Origin: Lysobacteraceae bacterium
GTDB lineage: Bacteria > Pseudomonadota > Gammaproteobacteria > Xanthomonadales > Xanthomonadaceae
NCBI GenBank assembly: GCA_036404915.1
Contig: DASWYO010000014.1
Span: forward strand, 7,155-71,154
Length of the DNA: 64,000 bases
Direction of reading: 5' to 3'
In this document: positions 28,900 through 38,803 of the stretch, one piece after another
Position numbering within the stretch: the first letter of the stretch is position 1
Layout: every line of letters starts with the position of its first letter
Position numbers and translations under genes: made by a program
The notes under the pieces: generated by a model
Databases searched by the model: none
What the model was told of the DNA's origin: nothing
The model's input: the letters and a program-made list of their open reading frames with translations, nothing else

Positions 28900-29655
28900 A
28901 TGCTCAAGCTCCGCGTTCCCACCCCGACCACGACCGTCCGCGCCGCCGGCCTCGCCATCGCACTCGCCGCCCTGCTCCCGGCCGCCGCCATGGCCAGCAA
29001 CAACGACGTGGACAAGGTCATGGGCAGCATCACCGCGCATGCCGGCCAGACCTACGGTGACCTGACCACGGTCAATGGCAGCATCCGCGTGGAAGCTGGC
29101 GCCAAGGCCAGCGACGCCACCACCGTGAACGGCAGCATCCACCTCGAAACCGGCGCCAGCATCGGCGATGCCGAGACCGTGAACGGCAGCATCCGCGGCG
29201 ACGAGCGCATCCGCGCGTCCAGCGTGCAGACCGTGAACGGCAGCATCCGCCTCGGCAACGGCAGCCAGGTCGGCGATATCGAAACCGTCAACGGCAGCGT
29301 GTTCGTCGACCGCGGCAGCAGCATCGGCAAGGACGTGGAAACCGTGAACGGCGCCATCGGCCTGGTCGACACCGACGTCGCCGGCGGCATCAGCACCGTC
29401 AACGGCGACATCACCGTCGGCGTCGGCTCCCACGTCCGCGGCGGCATCACCGTCGAAAAGCCCACCAGCAACTGGATGCCGGTCAGCGCCAAGAAGCGCA
29501 AGCTGCGCATCATCGTCGGCCCCAACGCCATCGTCGAAGGCCCGCTGGTGTTCAAGCGCGACGTGAACCTCTACGTCCACAGCACCGCCCGCATCGGCCA
29601 GGTCACCGGCGCCACCGCCGTCCGCTACGACGGCCCGACTGCGCCGAAGGATTGA
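28900..29655 (+). CDS. Secreted beta-solenoid repeat protein (DUF4097 / adhesin-like)
   Basis: Signal peptide and about 8 repeats of TVNG(S/A/D)I with a 16-17 aa period. Confidence 0.8.
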   Translation: MLKLRVPTPTTTVRAAGLAIALAALLPAAAMASNNDVDKVMGSITAHAGQTYGDLTTVNGSIRVEAGAKASDATTVNGSIHLETGASIGDAETVNGSIRGDERIRASSVQTVNGSIRLGNGSQVGDIETVNGSVFVDRGSSIGKDVETVNGAIGLVDTDVAGGISTVNGDITVGVGSHVRGGITVEKPTSNWMPVSAKKRKLRIIVGPNAIVEGPLVFKRDVNLYVHSTARIGQVTGATAVRYDGPTAPKD

Positions 29656-29689
29656 CGGCGACAGCACCCCTTTCGTCGCTCCTCTCCCC

Positions 29690-29715
29690 GCCCCGGCACC
29701 GCCGGGGCTTTTTTT
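29690..29715 (+). terminator. Intrinsic terminator
   Basis: GCCCCGGC-ACC-GCCGGGGC followed by T7. Confidence 0.9.
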
Positions 29716-29812
29716 CGTCGTCGCCACGAACGGCACAGCGGTTCCGGGCGGGATCGTGCCGACCCGGCGTACACTCCGGCTTCCGTTCGTCAGGAAACAC
29801 CGAGACCGCACG

Positions 29813-31582
29813 ATGACACGCTCATTGCCCAAGACCCTGTTGCTCACCCTCGCTGCGGCGGCCGCGCTGACCGCCTGCAAGGGCGAAGACGCCCCGGCCG
29901 CGAAGCCGGCCGCCGATGCCGCCAAACCCGCCGGCTTCGCGTTCAAGGACGCGCTGGATCCCGCCGATTTCGCCGAGCACGTGCGCGTGCTGGCGTCCGA
30001 CGAATTCGAAGGCCGCGCGCCGGGAACGCCGGGCGAGGAGAAGACGGTCCAGTACCTGAAGGCGCAGTTCGAGCGCATGGGCCTGAAGCCGGGCAACGGC
30101 GACAGCTATTTCCAGGTCGTGCCAATGATGGAAACCACCGCCGACGAAGCGACGGCGATGACCATCGACGTCAAGGGCACGCCGCGCACGCTGAAGTTCG
30201 GCACCGACATGGTGGTCGGCACGCGTACCGGCCAGCCCGAAGTGAAGATCGACGGCAGCGACCTGGTGTTCGTCGGCTACGGCGTCGATGCGCCGGAGCA
30301 GAACTGGAACGATTACGCTGGCGTCGACGTGAAGGGCAAGACCGTGGTCATGTTCGTCAACGACCCGGGCTTCCATGCGAAGGACGCGAGCCTGTTCGAC
30401 GGCAAGCGCATGACCTACTACGGTCGCTGGACCTACAAGTTCGAGGAAGCGGGTCGCAAGGGCGCCGCTGCCGCGCTGATCATCCACGACACCGAAGGCG
30501 CGTCGTACGGCTGGGACGTGGTGAAGAATTCCTGGTCCGGCGCACAGTACGACCTGCGCGCGGCCGACGACCCGGCGCCGCGCGTGCCGCTGCAGGGCTG
30601 GATCACCGGCGAGCAGGCCAAGGCGCTGTTCGCCGACGCCGGCCTCGACCTCGACGCCATGCGCACCGCCGCCGGCAAGCGCGGCTTCAAGCCGGTGACG
30701 CTGCCGGCCAAGGCCAGCGTCACCCTGAAGAGCACCATCGCGGAGAAGGAATCGCGCAACGTGCTGGCCCTGCTGCCGGGCAGCGAGCGCCCCGAGGAAG
30801 CCGTGGTCTACATGGCGCACTGGGATCACCTGGGCAAGCACGACGGCGAAGCAGGCGACAACATCTACAACGGCGCCGTGGACAACGCGACCGGCGTGGC
30901 CGGCATCCTGGAAATCGCAGAGGCGATGGCCAAGGGCGCGAAGCCGAAGCGTTCGGCGCTGTTCGTCGCAGTGACGCTGGAGGAATCCGGCCTGCTCGGC
31001 TCGAAGTACTACGTCGCGCATCCGAGCATCCCGCTGGATCGCACCGTCGGCGTGATCAACATCGACGCGATGAGCGTGTCCGGCCGCACCCGCGACCTGA
31101 CCGTGGTCGGCAAGGGCAATTCGGAAATGGAGGACATCCTCAAGCCGATCGCCGAGCGCCAGGGCCGCACGCTGGTCGAGGAGTCGAACCCGGCCGGCGG
31201 CTACTACTTCCGTTCCGATCACTTCAACTTCGCGAAGGCCGGCGTGCCCGCGCTGTACGCCGATGGCGGCAACGACCTGCTGGAAGGCGGCACCGCCGCA
31301 GGCGAAGCGGCCGGCAAGGACTACAACGAACACCGCTACCACAAGCCCGACGACGAGTACGATCCGGCGACGTGGAAGCTCGACGGCACGATGCAGGACC
31401 TCGCATCGCTGTTCGAAGTGGGCCTGGCGCTGGTGCACGACACCAACCTCTGGCCGAACTGGTACAAGGGCAATCCGTTCCGCGCCGCACGCGACACGAT
31501 GATGGCGGCGAATCCGCCGGCCTCGCTGAAGACCGCGCAGGCCGCGCCCGCGATGGATGCGTCGGCACCGGCGAAGCAGTAA
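29813..31582 (+). CDS. M28 family metallopeptidase lipoprotein with PA domain
   Basis: Lipobox LTAC; AHWDHLG, GAVDNATG, TLEESGLLGS, RSDHF, YHKPDD. Confidence 0.93.
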   Translation: MTRSLPKTLLLTLAAAAALTACKGEDAPAAKPAADAAKPAGFAFKDALDPADFAEHVRVLASDEFEGRAPGTPGEEKTVQYLKAQFERMGLKPGNGDSYFQVVPMMETTADEATAMTIDVKGTPRTLKFGTDMVVGTRTGQPEVKIDGSDLVFVGYGVDAPEQNWNDYAGVDVKGKTVVMFVNDPGFHAKDASLFDGKRMTYYGRWTYKFEEAGRKGAAAALIIHDTEGASYGWDVVKNSWSGAQYDLRAADDPAPRVPLQGWITGEQAKALFADAGLDLDAMRTAAGKRGFKPVTLPAKASVTLKSTIAEKESRNVLALLPGSERPEEAVVYMAHWDHLGKHDGEAGDNIYNGAVDNATGVAGILEIAEAMAKGAKPKRSALFVAVTLEESGLLGSKYYVAHPSIPLDRTVGVINIDAMSVSGRTRDLTVVGKGNSEMEDILKPIAERQGRTLVEESNPAGGYYFRSDHFNFAKAGVPALYADGGNDLLEGGTAAGEAAGKDYNEHRYHKPDDEYDPATWKLDGTMQDLASLFEVGLALVHDTNLWPNWYKGNPFRAARDTMMAANPPASLKTAQAAPAMDASAPAKQ

Positions 31583-31604
31583 CCGGCTAGCCCGCAGGCA
31601 GACA

Positions 31605-31634
31605 CGACAACGGCGCCCTCGGGCGCCGTTGTCG
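31605..31634. terminator. Perfect hairpin between convergent genes
   Basis: CGACAACGGCGCCC-TC-GGGCGCCGTTGTCG. Confidence 0.75.
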
Positions 31635-31691
31635 CATGTGGAATTCCGCGGGAGATCGGTTCGTCTCGCGCAACTGCGAGCGCGCGTCGCC

Positions 31692-32216
31692 TCAGATCGA
31701 ACGCGAGAACGTGAAACTGTTGGTAACGCGATCCTCGACCGCCTGCGTCAGCGGCTTGGCCTCGCGCTCGGCATCGCGTGCCTGGCGCTCCTGCAGCACG
31801 CGATCGTGCTGGTCGAACTTCGCGGCCACCTGCTGCTCGCTCTGCGCCTTCGACTGCTCGATGTTCACGTAACCGCTGAAGATCGGTTCCTTGTCGATCT
31901 TCTGCGCGAGCATGACGTGGCCATTGCGCACGTCCATGTATTCGGGCTTCTCCGACAGGCCGGGCGTGGTGCGCGCGGTCAGGACGACATCGGTGGCGAC
32001 CTTGCGCGCGTCGTCTTCGGTCAGGCCGGCCTTGTTCTGGACGAGATTCACCGCGCGGACATACAGCTCGCGCTCGCCGGCGCTCATCTCCAGTTCCCTG
32101 GGCTTCTGGGGAGGGTCGAGCATCGGCCCCTGGCGTTCCGGTGGCGCCAGCGCCACGCCGTGGGCGCCACGCGTGTCCTGCGGCCTCGCCTCATGTCCAT
32201 CGAACGGCTGATTCAT
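31692..32216 (-). CDS. Hypothetical protein, divergent XVIPCD-like domain only
   Basis: Strong RBS AGGAGG; pattern LY..A...A.KVA..V...A..PGL....NG.V...Q...V....SK.QS.QQ plus Q/E/R-rich tail. Confidence 0.55.
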   Translation of the reverse strand: MNQPFDGHEARPQDTRGAHGVALAPPERQGPMLDPPQKPRELEMSAGERELYVRAVNLVQNKAGLTEDDARKVATDVVLTARTTPGLSEKPEYMDVRNGHVMLAQKIDKEPIFSGYVNIEQSKAQSEQQVAAKFDQHDRVLQERQARDAEREAKPLTQAVEDRVTNSFTFSRSI

Positions 32217-32411
32217 GTCGCGGCCTCCTTCTGCGGTCCTGTCATCGTCGGTGCCGCTCGGCGAGCGGGCCGGCAGTGCCGAGGGTATGCCCGGCCACAG
32301 GTGGCAGGCAAGCCTTGGGCCCTCTCTCGGCGAACGTCAGGCGGGACGGGTTCAGGACGTCAGGGCATCGAATGGAACATCGCATCAGGGCATGGAAGCC
32401 CCCACCCGGTC

Positions 32412-33539
32412 TCAGGACGCGGCGCGTTCCGGCCAGACGGTCTTCGCCAGCAGTTCGTCGTTCCAGTCGAACTGCAGCGCACCCTGCTTGTCGAGCAGCA
32501 GCGAGACGAAGTTGAAGACGTTGCGCGCGAACATGTCGCTCGCGTGCATGGCGCCGCTGCTGGCGAGGTTCAGCGGACCGGCGATGGTGACGCCGCCGTG
32601 GTCGATGGTCTCGCCCGGACGGGTCAGCTCGCAGTTGCCGCCGGTTTCGGCGGCGAGATCCACGATCACGCTGCCGGGCTTCATGCCGGCGACCATCGCG
32701 GCGCTGACGATCTTCGGCGCGGGACGACCGGGCACGGCGGCGGTCGAGACGATGACGTCGACCCCCTTCAGGTGGTCGGCCAGACGCTGCTGCTGCAGGG
32801 CGCGCTCTTCCTCGGTGAGCTGGCGCGCATACCCGCCTTCGCCGGCGGCGCTGACACCCAGGTCGAGGAACTTGCCGCCGAGCGATTCGATCTGCTCGCG
32901 GGTTTCCGGGCGCACGTCGAAACCTTCGACCTGCGCGCCCAGACGCTTGGCAGTCGCGACCGCCTGCAGACCGGCGACGCCGGCACCGATGATGAGCACC
33001 TTCGACGGCCGGATGGTGCCGGCGGCGGTGGTGAGCATCGGGAAGAACTTGGGCGTCAGCTGCGCGGCGATCAGCACGGCCTTGTAGCCGGCCATGCCCG
33101 CCTGCGAGCTGAGGATGTCCATGGCCTGGGCGCGCGTGGTGCGCGGCAGGCGTTCCAGCGGGAAGGCGACGAGACCGCGCGCCTGGATGGCCTCGGCACG
33201 TGCGGCATCGGCCTGCGGCTGCAGCATGCCGATCAATGCGGCGCCGGACTTGATCGTGCCGATCGCTGCGGGCGACGGCGGCTGCACGCAGGCCACGATG
33301 TCGGCCTGGGCAAGCACGGCTTCGGCGCTGTCGACCAGTTCGGCCCCGGCATCGGCGTAGGCACTGTCGGGCTGGTGAGCGGTCTGGCCGAGTCCGCGCT
33401 CGATGCGGACCGTGGCACCTGCGGCGACCAGCTTCTTGCAGGTTTCGGGCGTCAGCGCGACGCGCCGCTCGCCGGATGCGGTTTCGCGCACCGAACCGAT
33501 GACCACTTTCGCCGCCGCACCTGCACTCGCTTCCGCCAT
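32412..33539 (-). CDS. pntA: NAD(P) transhydrogenase alpha subunit part 1 (soluble dI)
   Basis: ERRVALTP, RAQAMDILSSQA, GAGVAGLQA, GEGGYAR, DLAAETGGNC. Confidence 0.93.
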   Translation of the reverse strand: MAEASAGAAAKVVIGSVRETASGERRVALTPETCKKLVAAGATVRIERGLGQTAHQPDSAYADAGAELVDSAEAVLAQADIVACVQPPSPAAIGTIKSGAALIGMLQPQADAARAEAIQARGLVAFPLERLPRTTRAQAMDILSSQAGMAGYKAVLIAAQLTPKFFPMLTTAAGTIRPSKVLIIGAGVAGLQAVATAKRLGAQVEGFDVRPETREQIESLGGKFLDLGVSAAGEGGYARQLTEEERALQQQRLADHLKGVDVIVSTAAVPGRPAPKIVSAAMVAGMKPGSVIVDLAAETGGNCELTRPGETIDHGGVTIAGPLNLASSGAMHASDMFARNVFNFVSLLLDKQGALQFDWNDELLAKTVWPERAAS

Positions 33540-33831
33540 TGCCCGCTCTCCTAGCGCCTTCGTTGGGTGACCGGCATCCTAGCAGGTTGCGATGACCGCT
33601 CTCCTGCAGCGGCGACATTGCCCCACAACGAAAACGCATAACCACGCGGTGGTCGCGGGGCCGGCGTCATCACGCCCGGCAGGCGTGCGCGTGACAGGCC
33701 AGCAAGGCAGGAACAGGCCTCAGGAAGCACACCCCGAAAACGAACAGGCCGCCGGCAATGATGCCGACGGCCCGGGGACGTGGTGGCGGCGAAGTTCGCG
33801 CCGCCGCTCAGGGGATCAGTCAGGCGGTGTG

Positions 33832-36315
33832 TCAGGCAATCCCGCTGACGGCACTGCGCGACTGGTTGAGCGTCTGCCACATCTGGCGCATGGCCTCGTC
33901 GAACGGCGCCTCGGAAGAGCGCAGGATCACGCGATTGTTCGCAACCAGGGCCGCGAGCTCTTCCGGCGTCACCACCAGCTTGCGCATGCCGCGACGATTG
34001 ACGATGAGGAAACGCGTGGTCAGCGGGCTGACCCAGGCAATGCGGCCGGCGGTTTCCTGGCCGTCTTCCTCGATCAGGCGCAGGTTCTGGCCCACGCGCA
34101 GGCGGCGCAGGCGTGCGGCGAGCGCGGGGTCGAAGTCCAGCGAATCGGTGCCGCCGACCACGCGGAGACCACCCCAGTTGGCGGCATCGTTCGGCTCGAC
34201 GGATGCGGTGGCATCCTCCTCGGCCGGCAAGCTGTGGCGGATGCGCGCACGGTCCGGGAAGGCCAGCGCGGACACGATCTTCGACAGCGAATCGCGGGCG
34301 GCGACGGCGTCGAGGCCACAACTGGCGTAGCAGCGGCCGAGCGGCCCCTGCAGCTCGAGGATCTTGTCGGCGACCCGGCCACCTTCGGCGCGCATGGCGT
34401 AGGCATCGGCCTGCACCAGACTCTCGCCGATGGCCACGGCCGACAGGTACTGCGCCGAACTCGGCCCTTCGCGCAGCCAGGTCTGCACCAGGTGATGACG
34501 CCAGTGGCCGGTGAGGAACTCGGCGATGCCGTCGGTGAGCGGACGCTCGGCCAGGCGCGCGGCCACGAGTTCGTCGACCGCGCGACGCGCATGCTGCAGG
34601 CGCTCGCGGCCACCCACGGCCTCGGCGGCGCGCTGTTCCGTCACATCGCGCATGCGCTTCTGGTTGTCCAGGTGATCGCGCAGCTCGGATGCGGCCATCT
34701 CGAAGATGGCCTTGTCGTCGCGGTATTCCTCGACCACGCGATCCACCGCCAGCTCGGCGTGGGTCAGCGTCTGCTGGTCCTGCGGCGACTCACCGGTATT
34801 GCCATCGCAGGCTTCGCTCAGCGCTTCGAGCAGCTTGCGGCCGGGATGGGCGCGCTGGTCGAACAGGCTGTCGTCGGCCAGGGCGAGCTTGAGGTACGGG
34901 CCGACCAGGCGGCCGTAAAGCGCGCGCGAACGGGTCAGCGCGGCATGGCTGCGGGCCAGGGTCTGCAGGAGGATGCCGACGAGATCGATCGCGTCCTCGT
35001 CCAGTTCGCTGAAACGGGTCTGCGTGGGGTCGTAGCCGAGCTGGCGCGAGCCGCTGACGATCTGGTCGCGGATCACCGCGGACAGCGGGCGATGGTCGTC
35101 GCCGGCGATCGCGCGCACGTACGGCGCCGGGTCGTCGCCCTGCAGCATCGACGCGATGCCGAGCAGCTCCTGCGGGCCCAGCACGCGCACGCCGACCATC
35201 GACGACGGCGGCGGCGGCATGGAGCCGGGGCGCAGCACGGTCTGGCGCCAGGCGCGCAACTGCTGGTGGACGGATTCGCGGTAGCGCAGCGGACGGCCGC
35301 TGCCGTCGCCCAGCATGCCGCCGCCGGACGGCGTGCCGTAGGGCTGGCCGGGCATCGGCGCGCCCTGCATGGGCATGCCCTGCATCGGTGCGCCCTGCAT
35401 GGGCTGGCCGGGCATGTTCGGCATCTGCTGGCCGTAGCCCCAGCCGGCGGGGTTCTGGCCCGGCTGGCCGGGCTGACCATAGCCGGCGGGCGACTGGCCG
35501 TAACCGGGCTGCGGCTGGCCATAGCCCTGCGGCATCTGGCCCTGGCCGGGATACTGGGGCTGCTGCGGGCGCGACTCGACCAGACCACCGTCCGGCGTCC
35601 AGCCGGCCTGCGGCGACTGCGATTGCGGCTGCGGCGCCTGCATGTCCTGCGGCTGATCGCGCGGCGCGAAGCCGGCATCCAGGGTGTCGTTGATCTTGGT
35701 GTACAGCTCGACCAGCGCCTTCGAGAGGCGCTTCTCGAGCTGGAGGAAGATCAACCGGCGCAGTTCGGGCGTGAGGTCGTCTTCGGAGAAGAGCTTGACG
35801 AAGGCCGTCACCGGCACTTCGGGACGCAGCGGGTTCACCTCGGGCGACTGCCGCGGCAGGCCCAGCGCGGTGGCCAGCGCGTCGAGGCGCTCGTGCATCA
35901 CCTGCAGCGGGTGCATCAGCTGGTGTTCCAGCAGTTCGATGATCTGCTGGCCGGACAGGTGCGATTCGAGCTGCGCCTCGGACATCAGGCTCATGCTCTT
36001 GTTCTCGACCGGGCGCGGGCGCGGATTGCGCCAGGCGTCGAACGCGGATTCGAGGGATTCGCGGTAGCGGTTGGCCAGCTCCAGCGCGCGCTGGTTGAGC
36101 AGGCGGATGGCGAGACGGTCGTCGTAGATCGCGCGGCTGTCGTGGCTGGCGATCGCGGCGAGGCGGACCTGCTCCTCGATGTCTCCCCAGAACCCTGCGA
36201 GCACGCCCGAGAGCGCCGTCACCGTGTCGCGGCGAAGCGATTCGTAGACCTTGTCGGAACTCTGGCGCGGCGCGGCGGGGGCGCGGCCAGGGTAGTACCG
36301 GCTGTTGTCGTCCAT
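33832..36315 (-). CDS. DUF1631 family protein with a Q/P/G-rich low-complexity insertion
   Basis: NPLRPE, DAIDLVGILL, AL.DDSLFD..HPGRKLL, C-terminal WVSPLT.RFLIVNRRG. Confidence 0.8.
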   Translation of the reverse strand: MDDNSRYYPGRAPAAPRQSSDKVYESLRRDTVTALSGVLAGFWGDIEEQVRLAAIASHDSRAIYDDRLAIRLLNQRALELANRYRESLESAFDAWRNPRPRPVENKSMSLMSEAQLESHLSGQQIIELLEHQLMHPLQVMHERLDALATALGLPRQSPEVNPLRPEVPVTAFVKLFSEDDLTPELRRLIFLQLEKRLSKALVELYTKINDTLDAGFAPRDQPQDMQAPQPQSQSPQAGWTPDGGLVESRPQQPQYPGQGQMPQGYGQPQPGYGQSPAGYGQPGQPGQNPAGWGYGQQMPNMPGQPMQGAPMQGMPMQGAPMPGQPYGTPSGGGMLGDGSGRPLRYRESVHQQLRAWRQTVLRPGSMPPPPSSMVGVRVLGPQELLGIASMLQGDDPAPYVRAIAGDDHRPLSAVIRDQIVSGSRQLGYDPTQTRFSELDEDAIDLVGILLQTLARSHAALTRSRALYGRLVGPYLKLALADDSLFDQRAHPGRKLLEALSEACDGNTGESPQDQQTLTHAELAVDRVVEEYRDDKAIFEMAASELRDHLDNQKRMRDVTEQRAAEAVGGRERLQHARRAVDELVAARLAERPLTDGIAEFLTGHWRHHLVQTWLREGPSSAQYLSAVAIGESLVQADAYAMRAEGGRVADKILELQGPLGRCYASCGLDAVAARDSLSKIVSALAFPDRARIRHSLPAEEDATASVEPNDAANWGGLRVVGGTDSLDFDPALAARLRRLRVGQNLRLIEEDGQETAGRIAWVSPLTTRFLIVNRRGMRKLVVTPEELAALVANNRVILRSSEAPFDEAMRQMWQTLNQSRSAVSGIA

Positions 36316-36399
36316 GGTGTCGTCTCGGGGGAATTCGGGGGAGAATGAGGCGTCTGGACACCCGGACGATACGATCCTTCAAACCGTACTGAGGCGTCT

Positions 36400-36993
36400 G
36401 TGACCCGACTCGCAAATCATCAGCTGCAAAGATTGCAAACGCTCGACAGCCGACGGTCGGTACCCAGCCGGCAACTGAGCGGTCCGGGTCCGAATCGTGA
36501 CGAACTGCTCCGAATGCTGCAGTCCGCCGTGCGGGTGCCCGATCACGGCAAACGCGTGCCGTTCCGCTTCCTCCGGATCGAAGGCGACGCACGTCACGCT
36601 CTGGGCGACATTCTGGCCCGTCGCAGCCGTGAACGCGACCCCTCGGCCTCGGACAGCGTGATCGACAAGGATCGCCAGCGGTTCTCGTTCGCGCCGGTCA
36701 TCGTCACGGTCATCGCCCAGCTGGGGCCGGACGAGAAGATCCCGGCCCAGGAGCGCCTGCTGACCGCCGGCTGCGTCTGCCTCGCCCTGCTCCAGGCCGC
36801 GCAGGCCCTGGACTTCGGCGCCCAGTGGCTGACCGGCTGGGCCGCCTACGACCCGGTGATCCTCGCCACGCTCGGCGTGGGTGCCGACGAAGTCGTCGCC
36901 GGCTTCATCCACATCGGCTCCACCCAGCTCGAAGCCCCCGAGCGCGAACGCCCCGACCCGGCCGCGCTGCTCACCGACTGGACGCCTGCATGA
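36400..36993 (+). CDS. Nitroreductase family protein (YdjA-like)
   Basis: RRSVP, AVRVPDHGKRVPFRF, GAQWLTGW, GFIHIG. Confidence 0.9.
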   Translation: MTRLANHQLQRLQTLDSRRSVPSRQLSGPGPNRDELLRMLQSAVRVPDHGKRVPFRFLRIEGDARHALGDILARRSRERDPSASDSVIDKDRQRFSFAPVIVTVIAQLGPDEKIPAQERLLTAGCVCLALLQAAQALDFGAQWLTGWAAYDPVILATLGVGADEVVAGFIHIGSTQLEAPERERPDPAALLTDWTPA

Positions 36994-37937
36994 GCGGTGC
37001 CGATGCGCAGGCCGCGCCCGTCTACCTGATCGACGCCAGCATCTATGTCTTCCGCGCCTGGCACACGATGCCGGACGAGTTCCGCGACAGCGAGGGCTGG
37101 CCGACCAATGCCGTGCAGGGCTTCGCCCGTTTCCTGTTCGACGTGCTGGAGCGCGAGCGGCCGCAGCACATCGCGGTGGCCTTCGACGAAGCCCTGGATT
37201 CGTGTTTCCGCAACCGGCTGTATCCCGCCTACAAGGCGAACCGCGACCCCGCGCCGGAAGAACTGAAGCGCCAGTTCGCACACTGCAAGGCGCTGTGCGC
37301 GGCGCTCGGCCTGACCGTGCTGGGGCACCACGACTACGAAGCCGACGATCTGATCGGCAGCGCGCTGGTGCGCGCCCGCGGCGACGGCCATCGCGGCATC
37401 ATCCTGTCCGCCGACAAGGATCTCTCGCAGTTGCTGCACATCGGCGACGAGCAGTGGGACTACGCGCGCAACCAGCGCTGGGGCGCACACGGCGTGAAGG
37501 CGCGACACGGCGTGGAGGCGCACCAGATCGCCGACTACCTGGCGCTCTGCGGCGATGCCGTCGACAACATCCCCGGCGTGCCCGGCGTCGGCGCGAAGAC
37601 CGCAGCGGTGCTGCTCGCGCATTTCGGCGACCTCGACAGCCTGCTGCGCCGGGTCGACGAAGTGCCGTTCCTGCGCTTCCGCGGCGCCGGACAGGCGGCC
37701 ACCAAGCTGCGCGAACACAGCGACAAGGCCCTGCTCTTCCGCCAGCTCACCACCATCGCCTGCGATGCGCCGCTGGACGGCGCGCACCCGCGCTTCACGC
37801 GGCGCGCGGCCGAGCCGGACGCGCTTGGCGCGCTGTGCGACACGCTGCGCTTCGGGCCGATGACCCGGCGTCGCGCGTACACGCTCGGCGGACTGGAATT
37901 CGCCACGCACGCGCCCTCCCTTCCCGACGACTTCTGA
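36990..37937 (+). CDS. Stand-alone 5'-3' exonuclease / flap endonuclease (Xni / PolI N-terminal-like)
   Basis: LIDAS.YVFRA, YPAYKANR, EADDLIG, SADKDL, GDAVDNIPGVPGVGAKTA. Confidence 0.93.
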   Translation: MSGADAQAAPVYLIDASIYVFRAWHTMPDEFRDSEGWPTNAVQGFARFLFDVLERERPQHIAVAFDEALDSCFRNRLYPAYKANRDPAPEELKRQFAHCKALCAALGLTVLGHHDYEADDLIGSALVRARGDGHRGIILSADKDLSQLLHIGDEQWDYARNQRWGAHGVKARHGVEAHQIADYLALCGDAVDNIPGVPGVGAKTAAVLLAHFGDLDSLLRRVDEVPFLRFRGAGQAATKLREHSDKALLFRQLTTIACDAPLDGAHPRFTRRAAEPDALGALCDTLRFGPMTRRRAYTLGGLEFATHAPSLPDDF

Positions 37938-37945
37938 GGCCACGC

Positions 37946-38491
37946 ATGACCGATCACGACGAGACCCTGTACGAAGGCCGATGGCTGCGCATGAAACGGC
38001 GCGGCACCTGGGAATACTGCGAACGCAGCCATGGCGGCAGCGGCATGGCAGTGATCATCGTCGCGGTGACGCCGCAGGACGAGGTGCTGTTCGTCGAACA
38101 GTTCCGCGTGCCGCTGGGTGCGCGCACCATCGAGATGCCCGCCGGGCTGGTCGGCGACGACCACGCCCACGACACGCTGGAAGAGGCCGCACGCCGCGAA
38201 CTGATCGAGGAAACCGGCTGGCGCGCGGAAACCGTCGAGGTGCTGCTGGTCGGCCCGACCTCGGCCGGCATGAGCAACGAACGCATCGCCTTCGTCCGCG
38301 CGCGCAACCTGGTGAAGGTCGGCGACGGCGGCGGCGTGGACAACGAGGACATCATCGTGCACACGGTGCCGCGCGCGCAGGCGCCCGCCTGGCTGATGGC
38401 CAGGCAGCGCGAAGGCTACGAACTCGACCTCAAGCTCTGGGGCGGGCTGTGGATGATCGAGCACGATCCCGACGGATCGCCGGTCATCTGA
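37946..38491 (+). CDS. NUDIX hydrolase (ADP-ribose pyrophosphatase-like)
   Basis: EQFRVP..IEMPAGLVGD...AARRELIEETG Nudix box. Confidence 0.92.
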   Translation: MTDHDETLYEGRWLRMKRRGTWEYCERSHGGSGMAVIIVAVTPQDEVLFVEQFRVPLGARTIEMPAGLVGDDHAHDTLEEAARRELIEETGWRAETVEVLLVGPTSAGMSNERIAFVRARNLVKVGDGGGVDNEDIIVHTVPRAQAPAWLMARQREGYELDLKLWGGLWMIEHDPDGSPVI

Positions 38492-38497
38492 TCCACC

Positions 38498-38803
38498 ATG
38501 CGTTTCGACACGCTGCTGGCGACGCTGGACTGGTCGGCAATCCCGAACTGTCCAGGGCGACACATACTGAGAGCAGATCGCGCACGGACTCCGCCAGACA
38601 TGCTCGTCAGGCCGGGGGCGATAGTGCGCATTTTCCATTCGCCTCATGCAGTCGATACGATCGCGCTGGTCATGCTCGAAGACGGTGCGATCCTGTCGTA
38701 TTGCAAGCCCGATGGCCGCTACATACACACGCTCAACACGTCCGAAGGGCTGGCGAGGAAGCTGGCACAGCTGGAATTGACGGACGTCACCGCTTCCCCA
38801 TGA
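38498..38803 (+). CDS. Hypothetical protein
   Basis: Fills the gap in an operon; ATGA overlap with nfi; WSAIPNCPGR..L and SY.K.DG.Y.HTLNT..G..RKL look like conserved motifs. Confidence 0.65.
   Translation: MRFDTLLATLDWSAIPNCPGRHILRADRARTPPDMLVRPGAIVRIFHSPHAVDTIALVMLEDGAILSYCKPDGRYIHTLNTSEGLARKLAQLELTDVTASP

Noticed and set aside
29060-29415. Regularly spaced ACCGTGAACGGCAGC repeats resembling a CRISPR array
   Set aside because: They are in-frame coding repeats (TVNGS) of a secreted protein; the repeats are degenerate and there are no cas genes
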